DNA from: Bdellovibrionales bacterium RIFOXYD12_FULL_39_22
GTDB lineage: Bacteria > Bdellovibrionota > Bacteriovoracia > Bacteriovoracales > Bacteriovoracaceae
Direction of reading: 5' to 3'
Assembly: GCA_001770205.1 (NCBI GenBank)
Contig: MEQL01000033.1
Location: 1-33,532 of the forward strand
DNA: 33,532 nucleotides
The notes under the pieces are model-generated. The model had not been told where the DNA came from. It searched no databases and was given only the letters and a program-made list of their open reading frames with translations. Shown here piece by piece: positions 8,698 through 18,632 of this stretch (the first letter of the stretch is position 1; every line of letters starts with the position of its first letter). The translations under genes were made by a program, and so were the position numbers.

Positions 8698-9094
8698 TCA
8701 AGAAACCATCAAATTAATGCGAGACATGGCCATGGATGCTTCGCAGAAAGCATATTCACCGTATTCGAAGGCAAAAATAGGAAGTACTGTTTTAACGGTA
8801 GAGAGAAAATATTTTAGTGGCAGCAATGTAGAAAATAGTAGCTATGGGGCAACCATATGTGCCGAGCGAGTGGCCATTTTAAAGGCCGTTTCAAATGGTT
8901 TTACTAAATTAAGTAAAATATATGTATACTCGAAAGATGGTTGGCCGCCTTGCGGGATGTGCCGCCAGATGATTAGTGAATTTGCGACCAATGATTTGGA
9001 AATAATAATCGGTGACAAGGAAGGGAATGAGCGAGTTTATAAATTTACAGAACTTTTCCCTGAAGCATTTACACCGGAGCATTTAAGAAAATAA
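8690..9094 (+). CDS. cdd: Cytidine deaminase (homotetrameric type)
   Basis: AYSPYS, NVENSSYG, CAERVAI, PCGMCRQ; ATG 8690 overlaps the end of punA. Confidence 0.95.
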   Translation: MDNQETIKLMRDMAMDASQKAYSPYSKAKIGSTVLTVERKYFSGSNVENSSYGATICAERVAILKAVSNGFTKLSKIYVYSKDGWPPCGMCRQMISEFATNDLEIIIGDKEGNERVYKFTELFPEAFTPEHLRK

Positions 9095-9113
9095 TTTTCA
9101 CGGGATTTAATAA

Positions 9114-10532
9114 ATGGATACTGTACAGGATGAAGCAGTTCATATCGAAGATCGTTCAGATGAAGAACATGAGATGTTAGATAGAGTGGCCAAAAAAAAT
9201 TTGGCGCAGGAGATGTTGTCTCAGTTGAAATTTTGTGTTTTTGATTTAGAGACCACTGGCGGAAGCCACCAAGACGATAACATCATTGAGATTGGATTAG
9301 TTCGGGTTGAGAACTTAAAAATAACCGAAAAGAAAAAGTTTTTAATTAGGCCAGATAAAAAGATTCCAGATTTTATTCAAAAGTTGACGTCTATTCATCC
9401 TCAGGATTTGAAAAATGCGCCGAAGATTGAAGAAGTGATTGACGAAATTTTGGATTTTATGGAGGACTCCATTTTGGTTGCACATAACACTGCTTTTGAC
9501 ATACCTTTTTTTAATTCGGTATTGACGAGATTGTCGCGTCCCCCTATGACAAATAAAAGTATCTGCACCAACATGATGACTAAATATCTCATTCCGAATT
9601 TGATGAACTCAAATTTAAGCTATATGAGTAAAATATTAGGGATTAAGCACAAGAAGGCGCACAGGGCACTAGATGATGCCATGGCAACGGCTGAGCTTCT
9701 CCTAAGCTACTTAAATATTTTCATTGATAAAAATATAAACAAGGTAAATCACCTATATTATCCTCGCAATCGCTACGAACTAGATCGTATCCATTTAAAG
9801 AGCAAGACTGCCACGATTAAACAATTAGAGGAGCGCTTGGAAGCACTAAAATCTCCTTTTTTGGTAACGGTAAAAGGACATGATGGGGTGATTTTGTTCG
9901 CACTTCCTTCCAATAATAGTGAAGAGGATAAAAGATTTATTATAAAAAAGATAAAGACTTTAGATTGGGAAATTACCACGATTAGAATTTTTGGCCCGTT
10001 TATCGAGTGCCTAATTCACTTTAATAGCTTCTTTATGAAGCTGGATGTCAAAATGAGAAACGACATCATCAAATTTTTATGGAAAACGCACTTGCCAGAT
10101 CTGCGCCCCAAAAATCGTTCGGAAGAAGAGATGGATGCTTTATCATCCAGCAATTTTAAAAATCAAATTGGAGATTTTCTGATAGTTAACCACCTTGTTC
10201 CAGAGCAATATCTGGTTTATCCTATCGAATCACTGCATAAAGATGCTGGACTTATTTTCCGCTATCCAGGGCATCAGAAAAAACTCTTGCAGTTTATTAG
10301 TTCTCGTTCTTCTCGGCCGCAATCTAATAAATTAAAGAAAGTTAAATTCCATTTCCAGATAAAAGATTTTATTGATACCTATTTGCTCAATTGCAAAGAA
10401 AAAGGTGGACAGTTTTTTATATTCGACAAAGCGTTACCGTTAAAAAACACGACAGAATTTTTAAGAAAATTTGATGAATACTTGTCCGCACATCCCAATC
10501 AGTATAATTTTCCCAAAGAATATGTGCGATAA
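9114..10532 (+). CDS. DEDDh 3'-5' exonuclease (DnaQ/PolC-like) with extended C-terminal region
   Basis: FDLETTG, IIEIG, VAHNTAFD, HRALDDA motifs in the first ~200 aa. Confidence 0.85.
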   Translation: MDTVQDEAVHIEDRSDEEHEMLDRVAKKNLAQEMLSQLKFCVFDLETTGGSHQDDNIIEIGLVRVENLKITEKKKFLIRPDKKIPDFIQKLTSIHPQDLKNAPKIEEVIDEILDFMEDSILVAHNTAFDIPFFNSVLTRLSRPPMTNKSICTNMMTKYLIPNLMNSNLSYMSKILGIKHKKAHRALDDAMATAELLLSYLNIFIDKNINKVNHLYYPRNRYELDRIHLKSKTATIKQLEERLEALKSPFLVTVKGHDGVILFALPSNNSEEDKRFIIKKIKTLDWEITTIRIFGPFIECLIHFNSFFMKLDVKMRNDIIKFLWKTHLPDLRPKNRSEEEMDALSSSNFKNQIGDFLIVNHLVPEQYLVYPIESLHKDAGLIFRYPGHQKKLLQFISSRSSRPQSNKLKKVKFHFQIKDFIDTYLLNCKEKGGQFFIFDKALPLKNTTEFLRKFDEYLSAHPNQYNFPKEYVR

Positions 10533-10557
10533 ATTTTAAATAAAGTGGAGGCCTTTT

Positions 10558-11328
10558 TTGAAGGGAACAATGTTTGATAGACCGTTGGAATACACCTTGA
10601 ATGTTTCTGGCGAGAGATGGCGCCAGGGAGATAAAGTACAAGGGGCGCTCATCATAAAAAACCATAGCAATGAAAGCTTCAAACTTTCAGGGATTAAGCT
10701 CTCTCTGGCCAGCGGTGAGTATAAAGATGTTCGCAAGGGGAATGCAGAGGGGCTTGTCATAGAAAAGGATATTTTATTTTTACAGGACGTGATAATTGCT
10801 GCTAGCGATATGCTGCATACGCCCTGGGAATTCCAATTAAAAGATGATTGCAACATTACGGATAAATCCGGAGGTTATTTTTTGGCCTATGGGGCAATCG
10901 AAGCAAATAAGGTCAACGCCAGTCTTGAGTTGTGTGTAGATGTTATCGAGCCTATTGATCAATTTATTACAATTTTTGAAAATTTTTTCCGCTTTAAGGC
11001 AACTGCAAAAAAATATAAAAAAGGGCATGTGGAAATTAAATTTTCTCCGCCAGGCGCATCAAAGGAAATGAGTGCCGTAGAGGCACTTACCTGTGACATG
11101 CGTCTAAATGATAAAAACCTGGAAATAAAGTACAACTTTAAATTAAAGAAACTTATTGCTGGGGGCGTTGATGTTGCCTCTGTGAAGGTGGAAAGACAAA
11201 ATAAATTTTTTGAACAACGATTGTCGGCCAAAGAATATTCGAGTTGGGGTGGGGCTCCGAATCAAGAGATTATTATTGTTAAAATAAAAGAAGTGTTACG
11301 AGAAGTTGTTCCGAAAATAATCTACTAA
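10558..11328 (+). CDS. Spo0M/arrestin-like protein
   Basis: TTG start with GGAGG at 10547-10551; QGDKVQGALIIKN, PWEFQLKDDCNIT and VEIKFSP resemble the Spo0M pattern by eye. Confidence 0.55.
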   Translation: MKGTMFDRPLEYTLNVSGERWRQGDKVQGALIIKNHSNESFKLSGIKLSLASGEYKDVRKGNAEGLVIEKDILFLQDVIIAASDMLHTPWEFQLKDDCNITDKSGGYFLAYGAIEANKVNASLELCVDVIEPIDQFITIFENFFRFKATAKKYKKGHVEIKFSPPGASKEMSAVEALTCDMRLNDKNLEIKYNFKLKKLIAGGVDVASVKVERQNKFFEQRLSAKEYSSWGGAPNQEIIIVKIKEVLREVVPKIIY

Positions 11329-11792
11329 CGTAGTTCGCCATCTGTCTTATCATTAAAAATGAACGCCCGATGCTTAAGTCCGGCATCTACCGCATGAATA
11401 GTGAGAATTACTGGAAAAAGTAGCTTGAAAATATTAAACACCTCGCCTCGGTCATAATTGAAATCGAAAATATTCACAATTGCCGCCGGCATCGTAAAAA
11501 TTGAAACAATAATAATGGGAAAAAAAACCTCAAAAAAGAGCTTTCTCCGTGGAATAGATGTGCCATCACTCTCAACTGGCCGTCGAAAAAGTCTATATAA
11601 ATGGTATGCCAGAAGAATTGCGAAAGTAACTGCCTCCGGATAAAGTAACATTGCAGGATCTGGAAAAAGTTCAATGTAAAAAATCGAAATAATTAAAATT
11701 ACCGTTAAAACAGCATAAATCTGAGTAATAATGGTGGCCCGAGCAAGTGTTTTAAGCATTGCCGTAGTGAAAAGTATTTCGTCTTTTAGCAT
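11325..11792 (-). CDS. Hypothetical membrane protein (~4 TM)
   Basis: 155-aa ORF with hydrophobic stretches; converges on and overlaps the preceding gene by 4 nt. Confidence 0.65.
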   Translation of the reverse strand: MLKDEILFTTAMLKTLARATIITQIYAVLTVILIISIFYIELFPDPAMLLYPEAVTFAILLAYHLYRLFRRPVESDGTSIPRRKLFFEVFFPIIIVSIFTMPAAIVNIFDFNYDRGEVFNIFKLLFPVILTIHAVDAGLKHRAFIFNDKTDGELR

Positions 11793-11927
11793 AGGTTGGA
11801 ATTCCTTCGTATTTCACACAGTGAATAGTTGTGGAGCAAGTATATTTAGCTTCCGCTGCTTTGGCGATGGCCAGACAAGAAAAAATGAGAAATAAGTACA
11901 TTTTTGTTAATTGTGAAAAATAAATGC

Positions 11928-11957
11928 TTGACAAAGTTACGGCGCGCAAATAAATAT
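11928..11957 (+). promoter_or_regulatory. Putative sigma70 promoter of the S10 cluster
   Basis: Perfect TTGACA at 11928-11933, 17-bp spacer, imperfect -10 (TAAATAT) ~33 nt before rpsJ. Confidence 0.5.
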
Positions 11958-11989
11958 CAACTTTCATTTATTAATTCGAGGTAATACAG

Positions 11990-12298
11990 ATGAGAGCCAC
12001 CCGACTTAGAATAAAGCTTAGAGCTTATGATCATGGTTTGCTTGACAAATCGGTTAATGAAATTGTTCAAACCGCTAAAGAAACCGGGGCCAGGATTGCT
12101 GGGCCAATTCCTCTTCCAACCGAAATTAATAAATTTACGATTCTTAGATCTCCACATATTGACAAGAAATCACGCGAGCAATTTGAGATGCGAACACACA
12201 AGCGCATGGTGGATATCTTAGATCCTACGCAGCAGACGGTCGATAGCTTAATGAAGCTGGATCTATCTTCAGGCGTTGATGTTGAAATTAAGTATTAA
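11990..12298 (+). CDS. rpsJ: 30S ribosomal protein S10
   Basis: [25 protein letters not shown]. Confidence 0.98.
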   Translation: MRATRLRIKLRAYDHGLLDKSVNEIVQTAKETGARIAGPIPLPTEINKFTILRSPHIDKKSREQFEMRTHKRMVDILDPTQQTVDSLMKLDLSSGVDVEIKY

Positions 12299-12383
12299 TA
12301 CTTAAGGTAAGTTAAAGTTGAGTTAGTTTGAATATAAACCATGCATGCATCCCTGAGAACAGGGTGATGCTGTGGAGGAAAAG

Positions 12384-13043
12384 ATGGCAGAGGAAAGTAA
12401 AGTAGAACTTTCTACGTTCTATGGAATTAAGGCTGGGATGACGCGCGTTTTTAGTGAATCTGGAGACCACGTTCCCGTAACAGTTATCAAATTAATCCCT
12501 AATGTAATTTCACAAGTCAAAACTAAAGAGAAAGATGGTTACGAGGCTTATCAAGTCGCTTTCTGCGAGAAGCGCGAAAAGCTAGTTAATAAGAGCGTCA
12601 AGGGACATCTGGCGAAAGCATCTATCAAGCAAAGCTTTTCAAAGTGCGCAGAGATCAGGGTTGACGGCGTTAGTGCTGAAAACCTAGGGAAAGAAATATC
12701 AATTGAGTCTTTTAAACCCTCAACATATATAGATGTCACCGGAGTAAGTATCGGTAAAGGTTTTCAAGGGGTAATGAAGCGATTTAATTTTCAAGGTGGA
12801 CCAGCTGCCCACGGTTCGCATTTTCATCGCCGCCCAGGATCAATTGGAAATCGTGCAACTCCTGCGCGAGTATTTGCGGAGAAAAAAATGCCTGGACACA
12901 TGGGGTGTGTGACCAAAACGCAGCAAAACAATATTGTATATGAAGTAAATATGGCGAATGGCTACCTGCTTATTAAAGGATCAGTTCCTGGCCCTAAAAA
13001 TGGTGTGGTGAAAATTTCTAAGGCCATCAAAAAGCAAGGGTAG
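12384..13043 (+). CDS. rplC: 50S ribosomal protein L3
   Basis: KAGMT, DGYEAYQV, GKGFQGVMKR, HGSHFHRRPGSIG; ATG 12384 with GGAGG at 12374-12378. Confidence 0.97.
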   Translation: MAEESKVELSTFYGIKAGMTRVFSESGDHVPVTVIKLIPNVISQVKTKEKDGYEAYQVAFCEKREKLVNKSVKGHLAKASIKQSFSKCAEIRVDGVSAENLGKEISIESFKPSTYIDVTGVSIGKGFQGVMKRFNFQGGPAAHGSHFHRRPGSIGNRATPARVFAEKKMPGHMGCVTKTQQNNIVYEVNMANGYLLIKGSVPGPKNGVVKISKAIKKQG

Positions 13044-13055
13044 TGAGGAGTCGAT

Positions 13056-13673
13056 ATGACAGAGATAGTGGTATTAAATTCAAAATTTGAAGCAGCAGGA
13101 AAGATCAATACGGATGTAAGCTTGAGTCCCGAGGACATAAATGTTCCCGTTGTCCATCAGGTGGTCAAGGCAACATTGGCCAGTCGCAGACAAGGTAACG
13201 CTAGCACAAAAACAAAAGCAGAAGTTTCTGGCGGCGGAAAGAAACCTTTTAAACAAAAGGGAACTGGTCGTGCCCGCCAAGGAAGTAGTCGAGCACCTCA
13301 CATGCCTGGTGGTGGAGTAGCTTTTGGTCCAAAGCCGCGTGATTTTGAACAGAAAGTTAATAAAAAAATGATGCTAAAATCAATTCAAGCCATTCTTGCG
13401 GATAAGCTTCAATCGGGAAAATTGCTAGTGGTGGATACAATAGCATCCGATGGAAAAACAAAAACAATGCAGACAATGCTGAGTGGCCGCAATTTACTTC
13501 CTGCGCTTTTAGTTACAACGAAGGCGGATTCATTAGCGCTTCGGGCAGTAAAAAATTTGCAGTACGGCAAGGGAATGGCAGTTGAGGGCTTTAGTGTTTA
13601 TGAAGCTGTTAAATATGAAAATTTAGTAATTGAAAAAGATGCTCTAACAACATTGTTGAAGAGATTGGAGTAG
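13056..13673 (+). CDS. rplD: 50S ribosomal protein L4
   Basis: RQGNASTKTKAEVSGGGKKPFKQKGTGRARQGS. Confidence 0.97.
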   Translation: MTEIVVLNSKFEAAGKINTDVSLSPEDINVPVVHQVVKATLASRRQGNASTKTKAEVSGGGKKPFKQKGTGRARQGSSRAPHMPGGGVAFGPKPRDFEQKVNKKMMLKSIQAILADKLQSGKLLVVDTIASDGKTKTMQTMLSGRNLLPALLVTTKADSLALRAVKNLQYGKGMAVEGFSVYEAVKYENLVIEKDALTTLLKRLE

Positions 13674-13676
13674 TCC

Positions 13677-13967
13677 ATGGCACACCTAGAAGACATTTTG
13701 ATAAAACCATCAATCACAGAGAAAGCATCATTTGCTTCCGAGAATTATAACCGATATGGTTTTATTGTAAATGTGGCAGCAAATAAGAACCAGATTAAAA
13801 TGGCAATTGAGAAATTGTATGATGTTAAAGTTTTGAATGTGAAAACATCTACTATTCCTGGCAAAATAAAAAGAGCTGGGCACGGATTTAAAAAATCTGG
13901 AAGTTATAAGAAGGCCTTTGTTCAATTGAAACAAGGACAAAGAATAGAGTTTTTTAAGGGTGTTTAG
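13677..13967 (+). CDS. rplW: 50S ribosomal protein L23
   Basis: PSITEKA, ANKNQIK, YKKAFVQL. Confidence 0.96.
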   Translation: MAHLEDILIKPSITEKASFASENYNRYGFIVNVAANKNQIKMAIEKLYDVKVLNVKTSTIPGKIKRAGHGFKKSGSYKKAFVQLKQGQRIEFFKGV

Positions 13968-14003
13968 ATAGTTGTCTAAACCTGCTGATTTTGAGGAAGA
14001 TAT

Positions 14004-14828
14004 ATGGCGATAAAAAAATTTAAACCTACGACTCCGTCACGAAGAAAAATGGCAGTATTAAACTCTGCTGATCTAACAGTGGATGCTAACGTTCCGCGTT
14101 CACTATTGGTAGCAACTAAATCCAAAGCGGGCCGCAATAATCACGGCAGAATTACAACTCGTCACCAAGGTGGAGGCGCAAAGCAAAAATACAGAATAAT
14201 TGACTTTAAAAGGAACAAATTTGATATTCCTGCTAAAGTTGAAGCGATTGTTTATGATCCGAACAGAACATGTAATATCGCTCTTTTGTGCTACGCTGAT
14301 GGGTTGAAGAATTTTATTTTGGCACCACTTGGGATGAATGTTGGTGATACGATCATTTCATCAAATGATGCGGACATTAAACCAGGAAACTCTAAGCAAC
14401 TAAAAGATGTTCCAATTGGAACTCTTGTTCACAATGTTGAGTTACACGTTGGCGCAGGTGGGCAAATGGCACGTTCTGCGGGATCATATGTTCAAGTTAT
14501 GGCCAAAGAAGGCGAGACAGTCTTGTTACGACTTCCTTCTGGTGAATTAAGAAGAGTTCGCGACAATTGTCGTGCAACGATTGGCCAAGTTGGAAATTTG
14601 GATCATGAAAATAGAGTTATTGGAAAGGCGGGAGCGAATAGGCACAGAGGTGTTCGACCAGCTGTTCGGGGTGTTGCAATGAACCCGATTGACCATCCAC
14701 ACGGAGGTGGTGAAGGGCGTACGTCTGGTGGACGTCATCCTGTTACTCCTTGGGGCCAACCAACAAGAGGCTATAAAACGAGAAATAATAAGAGAACTGA
14801 TAAGTTTATCGTTAAACGAAGAAAATAA
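14004..14828 (+). CDS. rplB: 50S ribosomal protein L2
   Basis: [32 protein letters not shown]. Confidence 0.99.
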   Translation: MAIKKFKPTTPSRRKMAVLNSADLTVDANVPRSLLVATKSKAGRNNHGRITTRHQGGGAKQKYRIIDFKRNKFDIPAKVEAIVYDPNRTCNIALLCYADGLKNFILAPLGMNVGDTIISSNDADIKPGNSKQLKDVPIGTLVHNVELHVGAGGQMARSAGSYVQVMAKEGETVLLRLPSGELRRVRDNCRATIGQVGNLDHENRVIGKAGANRHRGVRPAVRGVAMNPIDHPHGGGEGRTSGGRHPVTPWGQPTRGYKTRNNKRTDKFIVKRRK

Positions 14829-14839
14829 GGAAACAGTCT

Positions 14840-15127
14840 ATGTCACGTTCATTAAAGAAAGGGCCTTTTGTAGATGATCATTTGATCAAAAAGGCCATGA
14901 GTTTACAAAATGATAGTAATAAGGCCGGAAAGGTAATTAAGACATGGTCGCGAAGATCAACAATTGTTCCAGAATTTGTTGGAATGACATTTGCGGTACA
15001 TAACGGCAAGAAATTTGTGCCGGTGTACGTTACCGACAACATGATAGGAATGAAATTAGGCGAGTTTTCGCATACTAGAACTTTCCATGGCCATTCCGGC
15101 GACAAGAAAGCAAAAAAACCGGAATAA
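14840..15127 (+). CDS. rpsS: 30S ribosomal protein S19
   Basis: [20 protein letters not shown]. Confidence 0.98.
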   Translation: MSRSLKKGPFVDDHLIKKAMSLQNDSNKAGKVIKTWSRRSTIVPEFVGMTFAVHNGKKFVPVYVTDNMIGMKLGEFSHTRTFHGHSGDKKAKKPE

Positions 15128-15146
15128 TATACAGGAGTAGATTACG

Positions 15147-15482
15147 ATGTCTGTTATAGTAAAAAATAGAATGGTACAGATTGCGCCTAGAAAAATTCGC
15201 CTAGTTTGTGATCTGATAAGAAAAAAGAAGGCCTCTGAAGCAATGAAAATTTTGCGGTTTTGTGAGAAGCGAGAAATTGCAATTGTTCTCACAAAGCTGA
15301 TTAATAGTGGACTGGCCATTGCTTCTGAATCTGGAAAATATGATTTAGATAATTTGGTAATAAGTAGAATTTTTGCTGATGAAGGACCTACCATGAAGCG
15401 AATTCAAGCTCGTGCTCAGGGCCGTGCATATAGAATTAGAAAAAGAACTGGCCATATAACAGTGGAATTAAACGAAGCATAG
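15147..15482 (+). CDS. rplV: 50S ribosomal protein L22
   Basis: PRKIRLVCDLIR, DEGPTMKR, RAQGRA. Confidence 0.96.
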   Translation: MSVIVKNRMVQIAPRKIRLVCDLIRKKKASEAMKILRFCEKREIAIVLTKLINSGLAIASESGKYDLDNLVISRIFADEGPTMKRIQARAQGRAYRIRKRTGHITVELNEA

Positions 15483-15492
15483 GAAGGACGCA

Positions 15493-16119
15493 ATGGGACA
15501 AAAAGTACATCCGTATGGATTTAGATTAGGTTACATTAGAAGTTGGCACTCCAACTGGTATGCAAAAGATGGATATGCAAGAATGCTGCAAGAAGACATT
15601 GCAATTCGGAAATACATCGAAAAGCAGATGAAGAGTGCTTCCGTTTCACGTACCGAGATATCGCGTGCTTCTGATCAGGTTAAGGTTACGGTTTATACCG
15701 CTAAGCCTGGTGTGGCGATTGGTAAAAAAGGCTCCGGTATTGATAAGATCAGAGCAGATCTTAATAAGATGATAAAGGGCAAGTTGATTTTTAATATATC
15801 AGAAGTTAAGCGTCCAGACGCTGATGCGAAAATCATTGCTGAAAATATAGCAGCACAACTTGAAAAGCGTGTTGCCTTTCGAAAGGCCATGAAAAAAGTT
15901 ATGCAAGCAGCTTTTAGAGCTGGAGTTAAGGGGATTAAGGTTCGAACAGCTGGCCGCTTGGCTGGAGCGGAGATGGCCAGAACAGAAGGATATGCAGAGA
16001 GAAAAGTACCGCTCCACACTTTGAGAGCAGATATTGATTATAATACCGCAGAAGCCTCTACCTCGTATGGAATTATTGGGGTTAAGGTCTGGGTCTACAA
16101 GGGCGAGATTTATAAATAG
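15493..16119 (+). CDS. rpsC: 30S ribosomal protein S3
   Basis: MGQKVHPYGFRLG, GRLAGAEMARTE, VPLHTLRADIDY. Confidence 0.98.
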   Translation: MGQKVHPYGFRLGYIRSWHSNWYAKDGYARMLQEDIAIRKYIEKQMKSASVSRTEISRASDQVKVTVYTAKPGVAIGKKGSGIDKIRADLNKMIKGKLIFNISEVKRPDADAKIIAENIAAQLEKRVAFRKAMKKVMQAAFRAGVKGIKVRTAGRLAGAEMARTEGYAERKVPLHTLRADIDYNTAEASTSYGIIGVKVWVYKGEIYK

Positions 16120-16155
16120 TTACCTTATGCCGAGGTATATGAAGAGGAAGTTACC

Positions 16156-16572
16156 ATGTTAAGTCCAAAGAAAGTTAAGTGGAGAAAACAACAGAAGGGA
16201 AGAATGAAGGGAGCTGCCAGTCGTGGTAATACGATTGCGTATGGTGAATATGCTCTTCAGGCCACTACCTGTGGCTATATAACGAGTCGACAACTTGAAG
16301 CAGCACGTATTGCCATTTCGCGACATACTAAAAGGGTTGGACAACTATGGGTTAAAATTTTTCCAGATAAGCCACTTACAAAGAAGCCAGCGGAAGTGCG
16401 AATGGGAAAAGGAAAAGGTGCCGTGGAGCAGTGGGTAGCGGTTATTCGTCCAGGCCGAGTTCTGTTTGAGGTTGGTGGTGTAGATAAAACTATCGGACAC
16501 GAGGCCTTGAAGCTAGCAAAGTACAAGCTTCCCGTTAGAACAAAGATAATTTCGAAAGAAAAACTTGATTAA
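16156..16572 (+). CDS. rplP: 50S ribosomal protein L16
   Basis: [24 protein letters not shown]. Confidence 0.98.
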   Translation: MLSPKKVKWRKQQKGRMKGAASRGNTIAYGEYALQATTCGYITSRQLEAARIAISRHTKRVGQLWVKIFPDKPLTKKPAEVRMGKGKGAVEQWVAVIRPGRVLFEVGGVDKTIGHEALKLAKYKLPVRTKIISKEKLD

Positions 16573-16635
16573 TGTAGTGATATTGACCTATAAGTGGCGA
16601 AATATTTTTTTGTCACGTGATACTTGGGGAATTAT

Positions 16636-16836
16636 ATGTTGAAGATGAGTGAGATTAATAATTTTGATGATAAGATGATCGGGAACAAGGTTCGTGAATT
16701 AAAGAAGGAACTGTTCACATTTAGAATGCAGAAGGTAACTTCGGGAATAGAAAAACCTCATAAAATTCACGAGGCAAAAAAAGACATTGCTAGAATGCTT
16801 ACGTCGCTAAATAGCAGAAAGAATAAAAAGTCGTAA
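16636..16836 (+). CDS. rpmC: 50S ribosomal protein L29
   Basis: LKKELFTFRMQ, KKDIARMLT; ATG 16636 with GGGGA SD; synteny. Confidence 0.92.
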   Translation: MLKMSEINNFDDKMIGNKVRELKKELFTFRMQKVTSGIEKPHKIHEAKKDIARMLTSLNSRKNKKS

Positions 16837-16857
16837 TTAAAGAGAGAGCAGTAATTT

Positions 16858-17115
16858 ATGGTAACAGCAAATGAAGCAAAGAAATTTAAAAGAAAACTAA
16901 CAGGCGTGGTTGTTAGCGATAAGCCTAACAAAACAGTTGTAGTTAATGTTAGTAGGAAATTTATGCACGCCAAGTACAGCAAGTTTATTCAGCAAGATAA
17001 AAAATATCATGCACATGATGAGAATAATAGTGCCAAAACCGGTGATAAAGTTGTGATTATTGAGTCTAGGCCACATTCAAAGATGAAGAAATGGGAGTTA
17101 TTGAAAATCCTCTAA
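16858..17115 (+). CDS. rpsQ: 30S ribosomal protein S17
   Basis: [21 protein letters not shown]. Confidence 0.96.
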   Translation: MVTANEAKKFKRKLTGVVVSDKPNKTVVVNVSRKFMHAKYSKFIQQDKKYHAHDENNSAKTGDKVVIIESRPHSKMKKWELLKIL

Positions 17116-17150
17116 ACCTTAAGATGGATTTTCTAACATAGGAGTTAGCG

Positions 17151-17519
17151 ATGATACAAATGCAGACAAAAATGGAAGTGGCAGACAACTCTGGAGCGAA
17201 AGAAGTTAGATGCATCAAGGTTTTGGGTGGATCTAAAAGAATGACTGCCACGCTGGGCGATATAATTGTTGTTTCTGTGCAGGATGCTTTGCCAGGTGGA
17301 AAAATGAAAAAGGGCGAGGTAAAGAAGGCGGTTATCGTCCGAACAAAGTACCCTATAAGGCGTGAGGATGGAACATATATTAATTTCGATAACAATAGTG
17401 TTGTAATTCTGGGTGCAGGAAATGAACCGGTTGGTACTCGTATTTTTGGGCCTGTTGCCCGCGAGCTTCGGAATAAGAATTTTACAAAAATTTGTTCATT
17501 AGCACCAGAAGTGCTTTAA
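17151..17519 (+). CDS. rplN: 50S ribosomal protein L14
   Basis: [27 protein letters not shown]. Confidence 0.98.
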   Translation: MIQMQTKMEVADNSGAKEVRCIKVLGGSKRMTATLGDIIVVSVQDALPGGKMKKGEVKKAVIVRTKYPIRREDGTYINFDNNSVVILGAGNEPVGTRIFGPVARELRNKNFTKICSLAPEVL

Positions 17520-17535
17520 GAGTTAGGTGGAATTT

Positions 17536-17847
17536 ATGCGAAAAATTTTAATTGATGATACAGTTATGGTGACCAAAGGGAAAGATAAAGGAAAAACCGG
17601 CAAGATTAAGAAAATTCTTGGCGAGGACAGGGTTATTGTTGAGGGCCTGAATATTGTAAAAAAGGCCATGCGGCCGACTCAAAATAATCAGACTGGAGGA
17701 ATTACAACGAAAGAAGCAACAGTTCATATTAGCAATGTTGCCCTTCTGAGTCCAAAGACTAATAAACCGACGAGAGTGCGGATTGAAGAGAAAGATGGAA
17801 AAAGGGTTAGAGTTGCAGTTGCATGTGGCACTGTAATAAGCAAATAG
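17536..17847 (+). CDS. rplX: 50S ribosomal protein L24
   Basis: GKDKGKTG KOW motif, EATVHISNV. Confidence 0.96.
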   Translation: MRKILIDDTVMVTKGKDKGKTGKIKKILGEDRVIVEGLNIVKKAMRPTQNNQTGGITTKEATVHISNVALLSPKTNKPTRVRIEEKDGKRVRVAVACGTVISK

Positions 17848-17861
17848 TTTTTTTGAGGTAA

Positions 17862-18410
17862 ATGAAGATGAGCAGGTTAAGTAAACACTATAAAGAAAAT
17901 GTTACAAAAAGCATGATGGCAAAGTACAAGTACGACAATGTCAACATGGTTCCAAAAGTACAAAAAATTGTTGTTAATTGTACAACAAAGGACTGTGTTG
18001 TTAATGGAAAGATTGTTAACAACATTATGGACGATCTTGCTGCCATAACCGGCCAAAAGCCAGTCGTTGCTAAATCAAAGAAATCAATTGCGCAGTTTAA
18101 GCTGAGGACAGGCCAAGCAATTGGCGCATTTGTTACATTACGCGGTGAGCGGATGTATGAGTTTTTAGACCGGTTAATTTCTTTATCATTGCCACGGGTC
18201 CGAGATTTTAGAGGTGTTGACCCGAAATGCTTCGATGGACGAGGAAATTATACTCTTGGCCTAAAAGAGCAGATTATTTTTCCGGAAATTGATTACGATA
18301 AAATTGATAAAGTTCGTGGGCTGGGAATTTCAATTATAACCACGGCAACTAATAATGAAGAAGGTAGAGAGCTGTTGACACAGATGGGAATGCCTTTTAG
18401 AGAGAAATAG
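17862..18410 (+). CDS. rplE: 50S ribosomal protein L5
   Basis: [32 protein letters not shown]. Confidence 0.98.
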   Translation: MKMSRLSKHYKENVTKSMMAKYKYDNVNMVPKVQKIVVNCTTKDCVVNGKIVNNIMDDLAAITGQKPVVAKSKKSIAQFKLRTGQAIGAFVTLRGERMYEFLDRLISLSLPRVRDFRGVDPKCFDGRGNYTLGLKEQIIFPEIDYDKIDKVRGLGISIITTATNNEEGRELLTQMGMPFREK

Positions 18411-18423
18411 CAAGAGGGATAAA

Positions 18424-18609
18424 ATGGCAAGATTAGCAAAAATTGTAGCGTCGAAAAGAAAACCAAAGTTTAGTACTCGGCAAAAGAACAGGTGTGAAGT
18501 TTGTGGCCGGCCACGTTCATACATGCGGACATTCAGACTGTGCCGTTGTTGTTTTCGAGAACTATCCTTAAAAGGGATGGTTCCTGGCGTAACAAAGTCA
18601 AGCTGGTAG
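18424..18609 (+). CDS. rpsN: 30S ribosomal protein S14, short zinc-binding type Z
   Basis: 61 aa; NRCEVCGRP...LCRCCFRE...KSSW. Confidence 0.96.
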   Translation: MARLAKIVASKRKPKFSTRQKNRCEVCGRPRSYMRTFRLCRCCFRELSLKGMVPGVTKSSW

Positions 18610-18632
18610 ATATTTAGAGGAGCATATTTTTT

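Noticed and set aside
11793..11989. No tuf/fusA upstream of rpsJ
   Set aside because: Separation of the str and S10 operons is common
16573..16635. Possible hairpin GTGGCGAAA/TTTTGTCAC in the rplP-rpmC gap
   Set aside because: Relies on G-U and A-U pairs; too weak to call without conservation data
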